DNA of 64,000 bases from an uncultured Planctomycetales bacterium (GCA_964572155.1 CAZNDZ010000001.1:412630-476629); one strand, 5' to 3'. Shown: positions 19,038-29,401, counted from the first letter of the stretch. Translations and numbers: made by a program. Notes: generated by a model from the letters alone, not told the origin.

Positions 19038-20396
19038 ATGTCAACTGATAAATCCAACACCCCCCATTCGGGCAAAACCCTCCTAAAGCAAGGTAGTATC
19101 GTGTCTCTAGGGGTATTAAGTTCGCGCGCGTTGGGTTTTTTTCGTGATGTGTTGCTTGCTCATTTCCTAGGAACAGGGCTAGTTGCGGAAGCTTTTTTAG
19201 TGGCTCAGCGTATTCCCAATTTATTACGTGATTTGGTTGGGGAAGGGGCTGCTAATGCGGCGATTGTGCCGGTTGTGGCGCAATATCAGGAGAAACATTC
19301 CAAAGAAGAGCTGCTGAATTTGATCAATGTGATCATGGCATGGGGTATTATCATTTTGGGCGTGATCACGGTATTGGGTGTGTTGTTGGCAGGGCCTATT
19401 GTTCATCTCATGGCCCCTGGTTTTACCCATGATGCACAAAAATATGCCTTAACCGTAGAGCTCACCCGCATCATGTTCCCGTATTTAATTCTGATTGCCT
19501 TAACCGCGTTTCAAACTGGCATCTTATATGCCATGCGGTCTTTCTTTGCACCAGCCTTTGGGCCTTGTTTGCTTAATATTGCTATGATCTTAAGCGTATG
19601 GGTGGCCTGTATCTTTAATAAAGACATGGCTTATATTTTATCATTAGGTGTTTTGGTTGGTGGCGTTTTGCAATTTGGCGCACAGTGGTTGGCGCTAAAA
19701 CGTTTAGGGGTCAATTGGACATGGCCTAAGTTGCTTCATCACGATGGGGCTAAGAAAATTTTAACGTTATTGCTGCCCAGATTATGGGGCAGTGGGGTGT
19801 ATCAGGTTAATTTGATCGTCGACACTTTTTGCGCATCCTTGGCTATGATTGTAGGCGAGGGGGGCGTGGCGGCCTTGTATTATGCGAACCGCATCATTTT
19901 ATTTCCCTTAGGCGTGTTTGGTTATGCGGCAACCTCAGTTAGTTTGCCGTCGCTGTCTAAGATTGCTGCCAGTGGGGACATGGTTAAATTTAAGAATACG
20001 GTGTTATTTGCATTGCGTAATTTGACGATTGTGCTGGTCATTTTTGCAGCGATTTTTTTAATGTTTTCGCAATGGATCATCCATACGGTTTTTGAACGCG
20101 GCGTCTTTGATGCGTATTCTACACATATCACGGCGCAGGTTCTATTTTATAGCGCGATTGGTTTGCCGTTTTATGGCATGGCCCGCATTTTAGCCTCCGC
20201 GTTTTATGCCTTGCATGACACCAAGACCCCCGTGAAAGCTGCGGCGATATGTTTGGTGATTAATGTCACACTCAATGTCATCTTAATGTTTCCTCTAAAA
20301 GTTGGCGGCATCGCCTTGGCGAGCAGCATCGCCAGCATGGCCAATACATGGATATTATGGACACAATTAAACAAAAAGTTAAAAGTCTCCCCTTAA
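19038..20396 (+). CDS. murJ: lipid II flippase MurJ/MviN
   Basis: FFRDVLLAHFLGTG...AFLVAQRIPNLLR N-terminal signature; polytopic membrane protein, 452 aa. Confidence 0.85.
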   Translation: MSTDKSNTPHSGKTLLKQGSIVSLGVLSSRALGFFRDVLLAHFLGTGLVAEAFLVAQRIPNLLRDLVGEGAANAAIVPVVAQYQEKHSKEELLNLINVIMAWGIIILGVITVLGVLLAGPIVHLMAPGFTHDAQKYALTVELTRIMFPYLILIALTAFQTGILYAMRSFFAPAFGPCLLNIAMILSVWVACIFNKDMAYILSLGVLVGGVLQFGAQWLALKRLGVNWTWPKLLHHDGAKKILTLLLPRLWGSGVYQVNLIVDTFCASLAMIVGEGGVAALYYANRIILFPLGVFGYAATSVSLPSLSKIAASGDMVKFKNTVLFALRNLTIVLVIFAAIFLMFSQWIIHTVFERGVFDAYSTHITAQVLFYSAIGLPFYGMARILASAFYALHDTKTPVKAAAICLVINVTLNVILMFPLKVGGIALASSIASMANTWILWTQLNKKLKVSP

Positions 20397-21601
20397 CCAG
20401 CGGCGTTTATATTTACAAAGACAGCAACGGCCAGATCATTTATATTGGCAAGGCTGTTAATCTGCGTCGTCGGGTGGAATCGTATTTTCGCGGCAAAACC
20501 AAGTCGCTAAAGACGGATTTATTAGTTGAGCATATTGCTGACATTGAGATCATGGAAACATCCTCTGAAGCCGAGGCCTTGATCTTAGAAGCCAGCTTGG
20601 TTAAGAAGCATTTACCTAAATATAATATTGAACTCAAAGATGGTAAGACCTATCCGTATATTCAAATCACCAAGGAAGAATTTCCGCTTGTATCCGTTGT
20701 ACGCATCAATCATCGCAAATTCAAAGATATCCCAACAAATTTATATGGTCCTTATGTAAATCCATTCTTAATCCGTGAAGCCTTAGGGATTATCCGCAAA
20801 ATTTTCCCGTTTCGCAGTTGCGAGCCCTATGTCAATAAACTCTGTCTGGATTTTCATATTGGTTTATGTTCTGGACCATGCGAGGGAAAAATAAGTAAAG
20901 AGGATTACAATCGCAATATCCGCAACGTCCGCTTGATCTTAGAGGGCAATAAAGACGCGCTGTATCGCAATTTGCGTAGCGAAATGGAAAGCTTGGCCAA
21001 AGATAAACAATATGAAGCTGCCTCCGTCGTACGTGATCAAATCCGCGCGATCGGTGCGCTGTATTCAGGCACAAAAGACATCAATTATTTTAAAGAAGCC
21101 GAGCAATTGCAACGCGCGTTGGGTATTGATAAAGCCATTAACCGCATCGAATGTTTTGACATTTCAAACATCATGGGCAATCAGGCTGTGGGCTCGATGG
21201 TGTCATTTTTAAACGGCAAGCCTGATAAGAAAAATTACCGCAAGTTTCGCATCAAAACCGTGCAAGGCATCGATGACTTTTCCATGATGGCTGAAGTCGT
21301 TCGCCGACGTTATACAAGATTAAAAAACGAAGGCACTCTTTTCCCTGATTTAATTCTCATTGATGGCGGCAAAGGCCAATTAGGTGCCGCGACCGAAGAG
21401 CTAAAGAAATTAGGCATACACATCCCTATTGTGTCCTTAGCCAAGAGGGAAGAAGAGCTTTTTCTACCCAACAAACGCAACGCCATCGTCTTACCCAAAG
21501 AATCTCTAGGTCTTAAACTGGTCATGCGTGTCAGAGACGAAGCCCATCGTTTTGCGGTGAGTTATCATCGGTTGTTAAGGTCAAAGGCGGTTATAGGTTA
21601 G
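20357..21601 (+). CDS. uvrC: excinuclease ABC subunit C (short form lacking C-terminal HhH domain)
   Basis: GIY-YIG domain (GVYIYKD...IYIGKAVNLRRR), UVR motif, RNase H-like endonuclease domain ending DEAHRFAVSYHR. Start chosen at MDTIKQ. Overlaps the murJ 3' end. Confidence 0.8.
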   Translation: MDTIKQKVKSLPLTSGVYIYKDSNGQIIYIGKAVNLRRRVESYFRGKTKSLKTDLLVEHIADIEIMETSSEAEALILEASLVKKHLPKYNIELKDGKTYPYIQITKEEFPLVSVVRINHRKFKDIPTNLYGPYVNPFLIREALGIIRKIFPFRSCEPYVNKLCLDFHIGLCSGPCEGKISKEDYNRNIRNVRLILEGNKDALYRNLRSEMESLAKDKQYEAASVVRDQIRAIGALYSGTKDINYFKEAEQLQRALGIDKAINRIECFDISNIMGNQAVGSMVSFLNGKPDKKNYRKFRIKTVQGIDDFSMMAEVVRRRYTRLKNEGTLFPDLILIDGGKGQLGAATEELKKLGIHIPIVSLAKREEELFLPNKRNAIVLPKESLGLKLVMRVRDEAHRFAVSYHRLLRSKAVIG

Positions 21602-21605
21602 ATTT

Positions 21606-21642
21606 AAAAGGATGCGTACAATTTGTACATACCCTTTTAAAT
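21606..21642. terminator. hairpin (AAAAGG-atgc-GTACAAtTTGTAC-atac-CCTTTT) followed by a T/A run; probable uvrC terminator
   Basis: Inverted repeat read directly. Lies immediately after the uvrC stop. Confidence 0.4.
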
Positions 21643-21752
21643 AAAATTATGTCGATAAAGTTGTTATTTAAAGTGTCCGATAAAATCGGACGGTTGTCGA
21701 CATTGTTTCGACAATTGAAATTAATTTCGAATTTATAAAAGATTTGCGCATG

Positions 21753-21770
21753 TGTACGCATAATGGTACA
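21753..21770 (+). promoter_or_regulatory. palindromic candidate operator TGTAC-N8-GTACA upstream of phd/relE
   Basis: 18-bp dyad ~20 nt upstream of the antitoxin RBS (GGGAGG). Its half-site ATGCGTACA is repeated in inverted orientation at 21612-21620. Confidence 0.35.
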
Positions 21771-21790
21771 CTCTAAATGGGAGGAATAAT

Positions 21791-22063
21791 ATGGTAAATA
21801 CGATATCGGTTAGAGAATTACGGCCGCAGTTGGCGCATGTGATTAGCAATATTCATGATAAGTTTGATCGTTATGTGATCACGAAGCGGGGTAAGCCTGA
21901 GGTTGTTATGATGAGCATTGAAGATTATGAGGGGCTTTTAGAAACGTTGGATATTCAAAGTGATAAAGAATTGATCAAAAGATTAAAACAGGCCGAAAAA
22001 GACGTTAAAGCAGGCAAAGTTAAATCTTTAGAGGATATTAAAAGAGAGTTAAAGCTTGTATAA
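21791..22063 (+). CDS. type II antitoxin, Phd/YefM family
   Basis: 90 aa with a YefM-like N-terminus (VNTISVRELRPQLAHVI). Overlaps the toxin gene by 8 nt. Confidence 0.8.
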   Translation: MVNTISVRELRPQLAHVISNIHDKFDRYVITKRGKPEVVMMSIEDYEGLLETLDIQSDKELIKRLKQAEKDVKAGKVKSLEDIKRELKLV

Positions 22064-22325
22064 AATTGCGTTGGCAAAGAAAGCTGAATATTTTTATTTA
22101 AAACTATATTCTTCTGATCGGGAGCATTTCAAAAGGATTAGTGTTGCTTTAGAGGGTTTAAAAACGGATCCTTTTCAGGGAAAACCGCTTAAGTTTGAAT
22201 TAAAAGGGCACTATTCGCTTCGCGTTGGATTTTATAGAATCATTTATACAATTGAGCGTCAAGAAGTCATGATCATTGTTTTAGATATTGGACATCGGCG
22301 AGAAATATATAAAACAAGATCTTGA
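22056..22325 (+). CDS. type II toxin, RelE/ParE superfamily
   Basis: 89 aa RelE/StbE-like sequence (LKGHYSLRVGFYRIIYTIERQEVMIIVLDIGHR). Confidence 0.8.
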   Translation: MYKIALAKKAEYFYLKLYSSDREHFKRISVALEGLKTDPFQGKPLKFELKGHYSLRVGFYRIIYTIERQEVMIIVLDIGHRREIYKTRS

Positions 22326-22415
22326 TTCAAATAAATAGTCGACAATCCCATCATTTACGTCTAATATACACTCTTTATTACTGGATCATTTTGGCGTTAT
22401 TTTAGAAAGGTTTTC

Positions 22416-23489
22416 ATGGATATTGGAATTGTCGGTTTGCCTAATGTGGGTAAATCATCGTTATTTAATGCGTTAACTGGTGCGGCAGCAGCGGCGGAAA
22501 ATTTTCCTTTTACGACCATTGAACCCAATATTGGGGTTGTGCCCTTGCCTGATGAGCGCATGGAAGTTTTTGCTAAGGAATGGGGTTCTCAAAAGATCGT
22601 TCCTTCAGGTATTCGTTTTGTGGATATCGCAGGGATTGTTAAGGGCGCTTCGCAAGGGGAAGGGTTGGGTAATAAGTTCTTGGCCAATATTCGCAGCGTC
22701 GATGCCATTGCGCATGTCGTGCGTTGTTTTAAAGATGACAATGTGGTCAATGTCATGAGTGAACTTAATCCTCAAAGTGCCGCGGATATCATTGAAACAG
22801 AATTATTGCTCGCGGACATCCAACAAGCCCAAAAAGGCATTGAGAAGTGGACGAAGACAGCTAAGGGTGGGGATGCGGAAGCGAAAAAGCGTGTAGAAAT
22901 TTTAAATGTATTGATCCAAGGATTTAATGATGGTAAACCTGCCCGTAATCAAGGCTTACCGCTTGAAGATTATGCAGAGTATCAATTCTTAACCGGCAAG
23001 CCATTGCTCTATGTGGCCAATACCGACGAGGGTGAACCTGATCCTGTGTTGCTAAAGCCTTTGCAAGAACGCGCGGCTAAAGAGGGCGCATCATTAATCA
23101 CCTTATGTACAAAGATCGAAGCAGAAATTGTACAGCTGCCTAAAGAAGAGCGTGAAGAATATTATGCGTCGGCTGGCATTGAAACCCCAGGGTTGGCGCG
23201 TTTGGCTAAAGCAGGCAAAGATTTATTAGGCCTCATTTGTTTCTTTACCGCTGGGCCGCAAGAAGTGCATGCATGGCTAATCCCTAAAGGCACGCGTGCG
23301 ATTAAGGCGGCAGGAAAGATTCATAGTGATATCGAACGCGGGTTTATTCGCGCGGAAATTTATAAGTACGATGATTTAGTCAAGCATGGCACTTACAAAG
23401 CCTTACAAGAAAAGAATTTGGTTACCCTTGAAGGCAAGGATTATGAAATGAAAGACGGGGACGCGGCGTATTTTCGCTTTAGCGTGTAA
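22416..23489 (+). CDS. ychF: ribosome-binding ATPase YchF
   Basis: [10 protein letters not shown]-loop and a TGS C-domain; 357 aa. Confidence 0.9.
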   Translation: MDIGIVGLPNVGKSSLFNALTGAAAAAENFPFTTIEPNIGVVPLPDERMEVFAKEWGSQKIVPSGIRFVDIAGIVKGASQGEGLGNKFLANIRSVDAIAHVVRCFKDDNVVNVMSELNPQSAADIIETELLLADIQQAQKGIEKWTKTAKGGDAEAKKRVEILNVLIQGFNDGKPARNQGLPLEDYAEYQFLTGKPLLYVANTDEGEPDPVLLKPLQERAAKEGASLITLCTKIEAEIVQLPKEEREEYYASAGIETPGLARLAKAGKDLLGLICFFTAGPQEVHAWLIPKGTRAIKAAGKIHSDIERGFIRAEIYKYDDLVKHGTYKALQEKNLVTLEGKDYEMKDGDAAYFRFSV

Positions 23490-23492
23490 TTT

Positions 23493-24627
23493 ATGAATGA
23501 AGTCATTAATAAACAATTACAAGATGTAGCCCAAAGGCTGGCTGGCCTAAGGGGGTATCTTTGACATTGCTAATAAAGAACGCTCCATCGTCGACATTCA
23601 AGCGCAGATGAATGAAGGTGACTTTTGGGATGATCAGACAAAAGCCAACCGTATCATGCAGGAATTAAAGTCGCTTAAAAGTGTTGTTGAGCCTTTCAAT
23701 GAATGTATCAAGCGCACGCAAGATGCGCAGGAACTCTTAGAAATTTCCAGCGACGATGCCTCCATGGTCGCCCAGATTGAAACAGAAATACAAGAACTAA
23801 ACGCGTTGATTGAGAAAACAGAATTGCAGGCCATGTTGGCAGGGCCGTATGATAATAGCAGTGCGCTGTTGGGTATTAACGCTGGCGCAGGCGGTACCGA
23901 ATCTTGTGATTGGGCCATTATGCTGTTTCGCATGTATAATCGCTGGGCGGAAAGCAAGGGTTACAAAATTGATGTGATTGATTATCTCGAGGGTGAAGGC
24001 GCGGGTATTAAGAATGCCATGTTGCGCATCCAAGGAGATAAAGCTTACGGATATTTGAAATCAGAAAAAGGGGTGCATCGGTTGGTGCGCATTTCACCGT
24101 TTGATGCCAATAAACGTCGACATACGTCATTTGCGTCTGTCGAAGTGATCCCTGAGATCGAAGATGATATTGTGATTGCGATCGACCCATCGGAACTACG
24201 TATCGATGTTTTTCGTGCCTCTGGCCCTGGCGGACAGAGTGTTAATACAACGGACTCCGCGGTGCGCATCACCCATTTACCGACGGGATTAGTCGCGCAG
24301 TCGCAAAAAGAACGTTCGCAGTTGCAGAATAAAGCACAGGCCATGAAAGTCTTGCGCGCACGTTTGCATGAGATTAAAATGCGTGAGCAAGAAGCAGTGC
24401 TTAATAAAGAAGTTGGGGACAAACAAAAGATTGAATGGGGCAGTCAGATCCGCTCCTATGTGTTGCAGCCATACATCATGGTCAAAGACCATCGCACCGG
24501 CGTAGAATCCGGCAATGCCCAAAAGGTGCTCGATGGTGAAATCGACCAGTTCATTGAAGGGTATTTGAAAACAAAGCCCGAAGATCGTGATAAGCGATTG
24601 AAAAATAAAGGAAACGACGATGTTTGA
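23493..24627 (+). CDS. prfB: peptide chain release factor 2, expressed via programmed +1 ribosomal frameshift
   Basis: ORF0 runs MNEVINKQLQDVAQRLAGLRGYL and ends at CTT TGA C (TGA at 23562-23564). It is preceded by the internal SD AGGGGG. The +1 frame continues from 23563 into the 339-aa ORF with the GGQ motif. Confidence 0.9.
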
Positions 24628-27583
24628 TTTTCTAATCCGTAACACGGTGGTGAAATCCGCTCAGAATCATATCAATCGATTAGCTCCAAAAGTTCAGGTG
24701 CATGTTCATCCAGAAGCGCCATTGCCATCGATTAGCTTGGTTAAGAAGCTCGCTAGCCGTGCTGCTGCCATCTGTGCCCTAGAATCAAAGATCAGCGCTT
24801 TATCTGACGAGCAATTAAAAGCAAAGACCGCTGAATTTAAAGCCAAGATTGCACAAGGCATATCGAAGTTAAAGGCAGAATATAATCAATTAGAAGAAAA
24901 TCATCGTCGTGCTCATAGCGCTCAAGAACGTGAAGATATTTCCGTTCAATTAAAACGCGTATCCAAAGAATTATTTGAAGCTAAGCAAGTGCAATTAGAT
25001 GAGATATTAAATGAAGCTTTTGCCGTCGTGCGTGAAGCAGGTAAACGCGTGCGTGGTATGCGCCATTTTGATGTGCAGTTGGTTGGTGGTATGGTTTTAC
25101 ATAATGGTGGTATTGCAGAAATGACGACAGGGGAAGGTAAGACTTTGGTGGCTACATTGCCAGCCTACACCAATGCCTTAACGGGGGACGGCGTGCATGT
25201 GGTAACTGTGAATGATTATTTAGCACATCGTGATCGCAATTGGATGGGGCCCATTTATGAATTTTTAGGATTGACCGTTGGCTGTATTCAGCATGATATG
25301 AATCCCCGCCAGCGTCAAGAAGCGTACAATTGTGATATCACCTACGGAACCAACAATGAATTTGGTTTTGATTATTTGCGCGACAACATGGTGTCGTTTA
25401 AGGAAGAAATGGTGCAACAGAAAGGCCATGCGTTTGCCATTGTCGACGAAGTTGATAGTATCTTGGTTGATGAAGCTAGAACTCCACTTATCATTTCTGG
25501 TCCTGCAGAAGAAAGTACTGATAAATATTACACCGCCTTTAAAATCGTTCGTGAACTCAAAGGTCGTCGTGTGACGGAAGCGCAAGAAATTGATGCCAAG
25601 CATAAGGGTGAAGATTTGTCTGTTGGTTTTGATTATGTAGCGGATGAAAAGAATAAATCTATCTCCATGACGGAGCAAGGCGAGAATAAAGCCGCGGCCA
25701 TTTTTGGGGTCAAGAACTTGCACGAGATTGATACCGTCGAATATCGCCATCATGTGATTTGTGCATTGCGTGCCAAAGAATTTTTCAAGGTGGATGTGGA
25801 TTATGTGGTTAAAGATGGCAAGGTCATCATTGTTGATGAGTTTACAGGGCGCATGATGGCAGGTCGACGCTGGTCAGATGGGTTGCATCAAGCGGTTGAA
25901 GCCAAAGAAGGCATTCGCATTGAACGCGAAAATCAAACCTTGGCCACGATTACTTTCCAGAATTATTTTCGCATGTACAACAAATTAGGCGGGATGACAG
26001 GTACAGCCTATACAGAAGCCAATGAGTTTAAACAAATTTATAATCTAGACGTGGTTGTTATTCCAACCAATCGTCCTTTGGTTCGCAAGAACTATCCTGA
26101 CTGCATTTATAAGACCGAAGCTGAGAAATACAATGCGGTTGTTGAAGAGATTGCGGCAGCGCATGCCAATGGTCAGCCAGTACTTGTTGGTACGATCTCG
26201 ATTGAAAGATCCGAAGTCATTTCTACCTTATTGCGCAAGAAGGGCGTGCAGCATCAAGTGCTTAATGCCAAATATCATGAAATGGAAGCGCATATTATCG
26301 CGCAAGCAGGGCGTTATAAGGCGGTCACCATTGCCACCAACATGGCAGGTCGTGGTACAGATATTATGCTCGGTGGTAACGCGGAATATTTAGCGCGCGC
26401 CATGGCTGAAGAAAAAGGCAAAAACGTCAACGACGAAGAACGCGCCGCCATGATCACCAAATTCATTGATCAATTCAAAGCTCAAGTGGCCAAAGAAAAA
26501 GAACAAGTGTTGGCCGCCGGTGGTTTGCTTGTTTTAGGGACAGAGCGTCATGAGAGCCGTCGTATAGACAATCAGTTGCGCGGTCGTTGCGGTCGTCAGG
26601 GTGACCCAGGTGGATCGCGTTTCTTTGTGTCCCTGCAAGATGATTTGATGCGTTTGTTTGCGTCGGACCGCATCATGTTTGTCATGGAAAAGATGGGTAT
26701 GGAAGAAGGTCAAGTCATTGAGTCGCGCATGGTATCTGGTGCGTTGGAAGTTGCCCAGAAACGTGTTGAAAATTATAACTTTGAAATCCGCAAACAATTG
26801 CTCGAGTATGACAATGTCATGAACAAACAACGTGAGGTCATTTATACTTTGCGCCGTTCTATCCTCGAGGGTGAAAATTTAAAAGATGTGGTCTTAGATG
26901 CGATAGCTTCCGCCTCGGATGAATTAGTCGCGCAATATGTTGAGTTAAGTGCGCAAGGCGAAGGGAACTTTGAAGGTTTGGCCGAACAAATTGTTAGCCG
27001 ATTTAATTGTGATATTCGCCCGACAATTGATCATTTAAAAGCGCTGCCTGTGTCGCAAGTCAAAGACGATATTTTAGACATGCTCTATAAGGCCTATGAA
27101 GCCAAAGAAGCGCAACTAACAACGGATTTGATGCGTCGTATGGAGCGCATGGTGTTATTACATGTCATCGACACCAAATGGAAAGATCATTTGCATACCA
27201 TGGATCATATCAAGGATGGTATCTCGCTACGTGCCTTGGGTCAAAAAGATCCATTGGTCGAATATAAAAAAGAAGGCTTTGCCATGTTTAAGAACATGTA
27301 TGCAACCATCCATCAAGAGGTTGCGTCACTCATGTTTAAGTTGGAACCGCCACCAGAAGCCGATCGCCCACGTTCAGTGTTTAGCGGCATCACCCAAAAA
27401 GCCATTCATCAAGAAGTTGGTCCAATGCCAACCATTAGGCCTCAAGCAGGAGAGCAACCTGCGCAACCTCAAGCGTCAGTTACTCCGACGGTCATGCCGG
27501 TACGCAGTGGAGAAAAAGTTGGACGTAATGATGATTGCCCTTGTGGTAGCGGAAAAAAATATAAAAAATGCTGCGGACGATAA
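24620..27583 (+). CDS. secA: preprotein translocase ATPase SecA
   Basis: 987 aa with DEAD motor, PPXD, HWD and a C-terminal zinc finger (CPCGSGKKYKKCCG). It has a ~50-aa insertion between KTAEF and EAFAVVREA relative to typical SecA. Confidence 0.95.
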   Translation: MFDFLIRNTVVKSAQNHINRLAPKVQVHVHPEAPLPSISLVKKLASRAAAICALESKISALSDEQLKAKTAEFKAKIAQGISKLKAEYNQLEENHRRAHSAQEREDISVQLKRVSKELFEAKQVQLDEILNEAFAVVREAGKRVRGMRHFDVQLVGGMVLHNGGIAEMTTGEGKTLVATLPAYTNALTGDGVHVVTVNDYLAHRDRNWMGPIYEFLGLTVGCIQHDMNPRQRQEAYNCDITYGTNNEFGFDYLRDNMVSFKEEMVQQKGHAFAIVDEVDSILVDEARTPLIISGPAEESTDKYYTAFKIVRELKGRRVTEAQEIDAKHKGEDLSVGFDYVADEKNKSISMTEQGENKAAAIFGVKNLHEIDTVEYRHHVICALRAKEFFKVDVDYVVKDGKVIIVDEFTGRMMAGRRWSDGLHQAVEAKEGIRIERENQTLATITFQNYFRMYNKLGGMTGTAYTEANEFKQIYNLDVVVIPTNRPLVRKNYPDCIYKTEAEKYNAVVEEIAAAHANGQPVLVGTISIERSEVISTLLRKKGVQHQVLNAKYHEMEAHIIAQAGRYKAVTIATNMAGRGTDIMLGGNAEYLARAMAEEKGKNVNDEERAAMITKFIDQFKAQVAKEKEQVLAAGGLLVLGTERHESRRIDNQLRGRCGRQGDPGGSRFFVSLQDDLMRLFASDRIMFVMEKMGMEEGQVIESRMVSGALEVAQKRVENYNFEIRKQLLEYDNVMNKQREVIYTLRRSILEGENLKDVVLDAIASASDELVAQYVELSAQGEGNFEGLAEQIVSRFNCDIRPTIDHLKALPVSQVKDDILDMLYKAYEAKEAQLTTDLMRRMERMVLLHVIDTKWKDHLHTMDHIKDGISLRALGQKDPLVEYKKEGFAMFKNMYATIHQEVASLMFKLEPPPEADRPRSVFSGITQKAIHQEVGPMPTIRPQAGEQPAQPQASVTPTVMPVRSGEKVGRNDDCPCGSGKKYKKCCGR

Positions 27584-29037
27584 TTAGCGTTTTAATTTCT
27601 GCCGTCTTATTGATTGTTGCTTTTCCTCAACTCCATTGGTCTATCCTTGCATGGTTCGGCCTTGTGCCGTGGCTCTTACTGCTTGAAACAAAAAGCCTGC
27701 GCGCCGCTTTTGGTTGGTCTTACCTTGTTGGTTTTCTTTTCTTTGCAGGAACTCTGGGCTGGTTTGTTTATGTGACCTATGCCGGCGCCATTGTTTTAAT
27801 CGCGTATTTATCGTTATATTTTGCTGTCTTTGGTTTAGCCTACCGTTACTTTAAAAATTATCCCACAGTATGGCGCATCCTTATTTTATCGTCGGTGTGG
27901 GTGGTGTTAGAATTTATCCGCGCACATCTTATTTCAGGTTTTAGTTGGGGATCATTGGCGCATAGTCAATATAACAATACCTTTCTCATTCAAATATCTG
28001 ACATCACAGGATTTTATGGCGTTTCATTTTTGATCGTGGCGGTTAATTTGCTCATTGTCTTTAGCATCAAACGCTCTCAAGCCATTGCACAAGCACAAGT
28101 CATCATCATGGCGTTGCTGTTCTTAACACTAGCCTATGGCCTTTGGCGGGTGTACACATTTCCCAAATACATCACTCAAGTTACCGTCGGTGTTGTTCAA
28201 CCCAATATTAATCAAGACATGAAATGGGATACACGGCTTCAACCATGGATTGTGCAAAAGACCATTAATTTAAGCGAGCCATTAGCTAAAGAGCGCTTAG
28301 ATCTGATTGTTTGGCCTGAAACATCTTTGCCGGGTGTGGTGAGTGAAGTGCCGCATTTGGTGGATGTGATCAGCCGCAGCGCTATTCAAATGAAGACGCC
28401 CATTTTAATGGGGGCAATCACCGACGATCATCGTCAATATTATAATTCAGCATATTTGTTAAATGAAGCAGGACAGATGCAAAGCCGATACGATAAAATT
28501 CATCTTGTGATGTTTGGGGAATATATCCCGTGGCGATTTATGTTGGGTTGGCTTGCCAACATTGTGGGCTTAGAAGATTTTACGGCGGGCAAGACATATA
28601 CATTAATGCACGTTGGTCAAACGCAGGTTCCGTTTGGGGTGTTGATTTGTTTTGAAGATTCGCTAGGGTATTTGTGGCGCAATTTTACCAATGCAGGCGC
28701 TCAATTTATGGTTAATATGACCAATGACGCATGGTTTAAAGACACCAAGGCGCCATTTATCCATATGTCCGCAAGCATTTTTGCCAGCGTCGAGAATAAA
28801 CGAGCTTTGGTGCGCGCCGCAAATACGGGGGTTAGTGTTTTTATTGACCCCTTCGGTCGTGTATTATCTGGCGTTGAAAATGCCGTTCATAAGCGCACCT
28901 TTATTGCGGGTAGCGCGTGGAACAGCATTCCTGCGGTGACGACGAAGACGATCTATACAAAATATGGAGATTTTTTTACATATGCCTGTTTCTTGGCTAT
29001 ACTAGTTGGGTTAGCTCAAAGGAGAAAATATGTCTAA
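27568..29037 (+). CDS. lnt: apolipoprotein N-acyltransferase
   Basis: N-terminal multi-TM region plus a CN-hydrolase domain (LICFEDS); 489 aa. Confidence 0.85.
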   Translation: MLRTIISVLISAVLLIVAFPQLHWSILAWFGLVPWLLLLETKSLRAAFGWSYLVGFLFFAGTLGWFVYVTYAGAIVLIAYLSLYFAVFGLAYRYFKNYPTVWRILILSSVWVVLEFIRAHLISGFSWGSLAHSQYNNTFLIQISDITGFYGVSFLIVAVNLLIVFSIKRSQAIAQAQVIIMALLFLTLAYGLWRVYTFPKYITQVTVGVVQPNINQDMKWDTRLQPWIVQKTINLSEPLAKERLDLIVWPETSLPGVVSEVPHLVDVISRSAIQMKTPILMGAITDDHRQYYNSAYLLNEAGQMQSRYDKIHLVMFGEYIPWRFMLGWLANIVGLEDFTAGKTYTLMHVGQTQVPFGVLICFEDSLGYLWRNFTNAGAQFMVNMTNDAWFKDTKAPFIHMSASIFASVENKRALVRAANTGVSVFIDPFGRVLSGVENAVHKRTFIAGSAWNSIPAVTTKTIYTKYGDFFTYACFLAILVGLAQRRKYV

Positions 29038-29398
29038 TAAAAAAGTGTTGATTATTGATGATGATGATACAGTTCACATGATTGTGACCAAAATCTTGTC
29101 GGAATCTGGCTATTTGGTTGTATCAGCCAAGAATGGCGAGCAAGGCTTTCAACTAGCTTTAAAAGAACGCCCCGATTTAATCATCTTAGATGTGATTATG
29201 CCAGGCATTAAAGGGCGTGATTTGTGTGTGAAGATTAAATCATATGATGTTATCAAAGAAATCCCTGTTATTTTCTTAACAGCCAAGAATTCACAAGATG
29301 ATGTGCAGGCGGAATTAGAGGCAGGCGCGGTATCGCATTTAACAAAGCCCATCGACGCTAAAGAAGTGCTCGCGACGGTTAAATCAATCATTGGATAG
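29030..29398 (+). CDS. single-domain response regulator (CheY-like receiver)
   Basis: 122 aa with DDDD...D...T...K receiver residues. No output domain. Confidence 0.8.
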   Translation: MSNKKVLIIDDDDTVHMIVTKILSESGYLVVSAKNGEQGFQLALKERPDLIILDVIMPGIKGRDLCVKIKSYDVIKEIPVIFLTAKNSQDDVQAELEAGAVSHLTKPIDAKEVLATVKSIIG

Positions 29399-29401
29399 GC
29401 G

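Noticed and set aside
23608-24627. prfB called as a simple 339-aa ORF
   Set aside because: The canonical frameshift cassette upstream shows the true gene starts at 23493 in frame 0 and shifts +1 at 23562.
25265-25753. 162-aa minus-strand ORF inside secA
   Set aside because: Antisense within a highly conserved gene; judged spurious.
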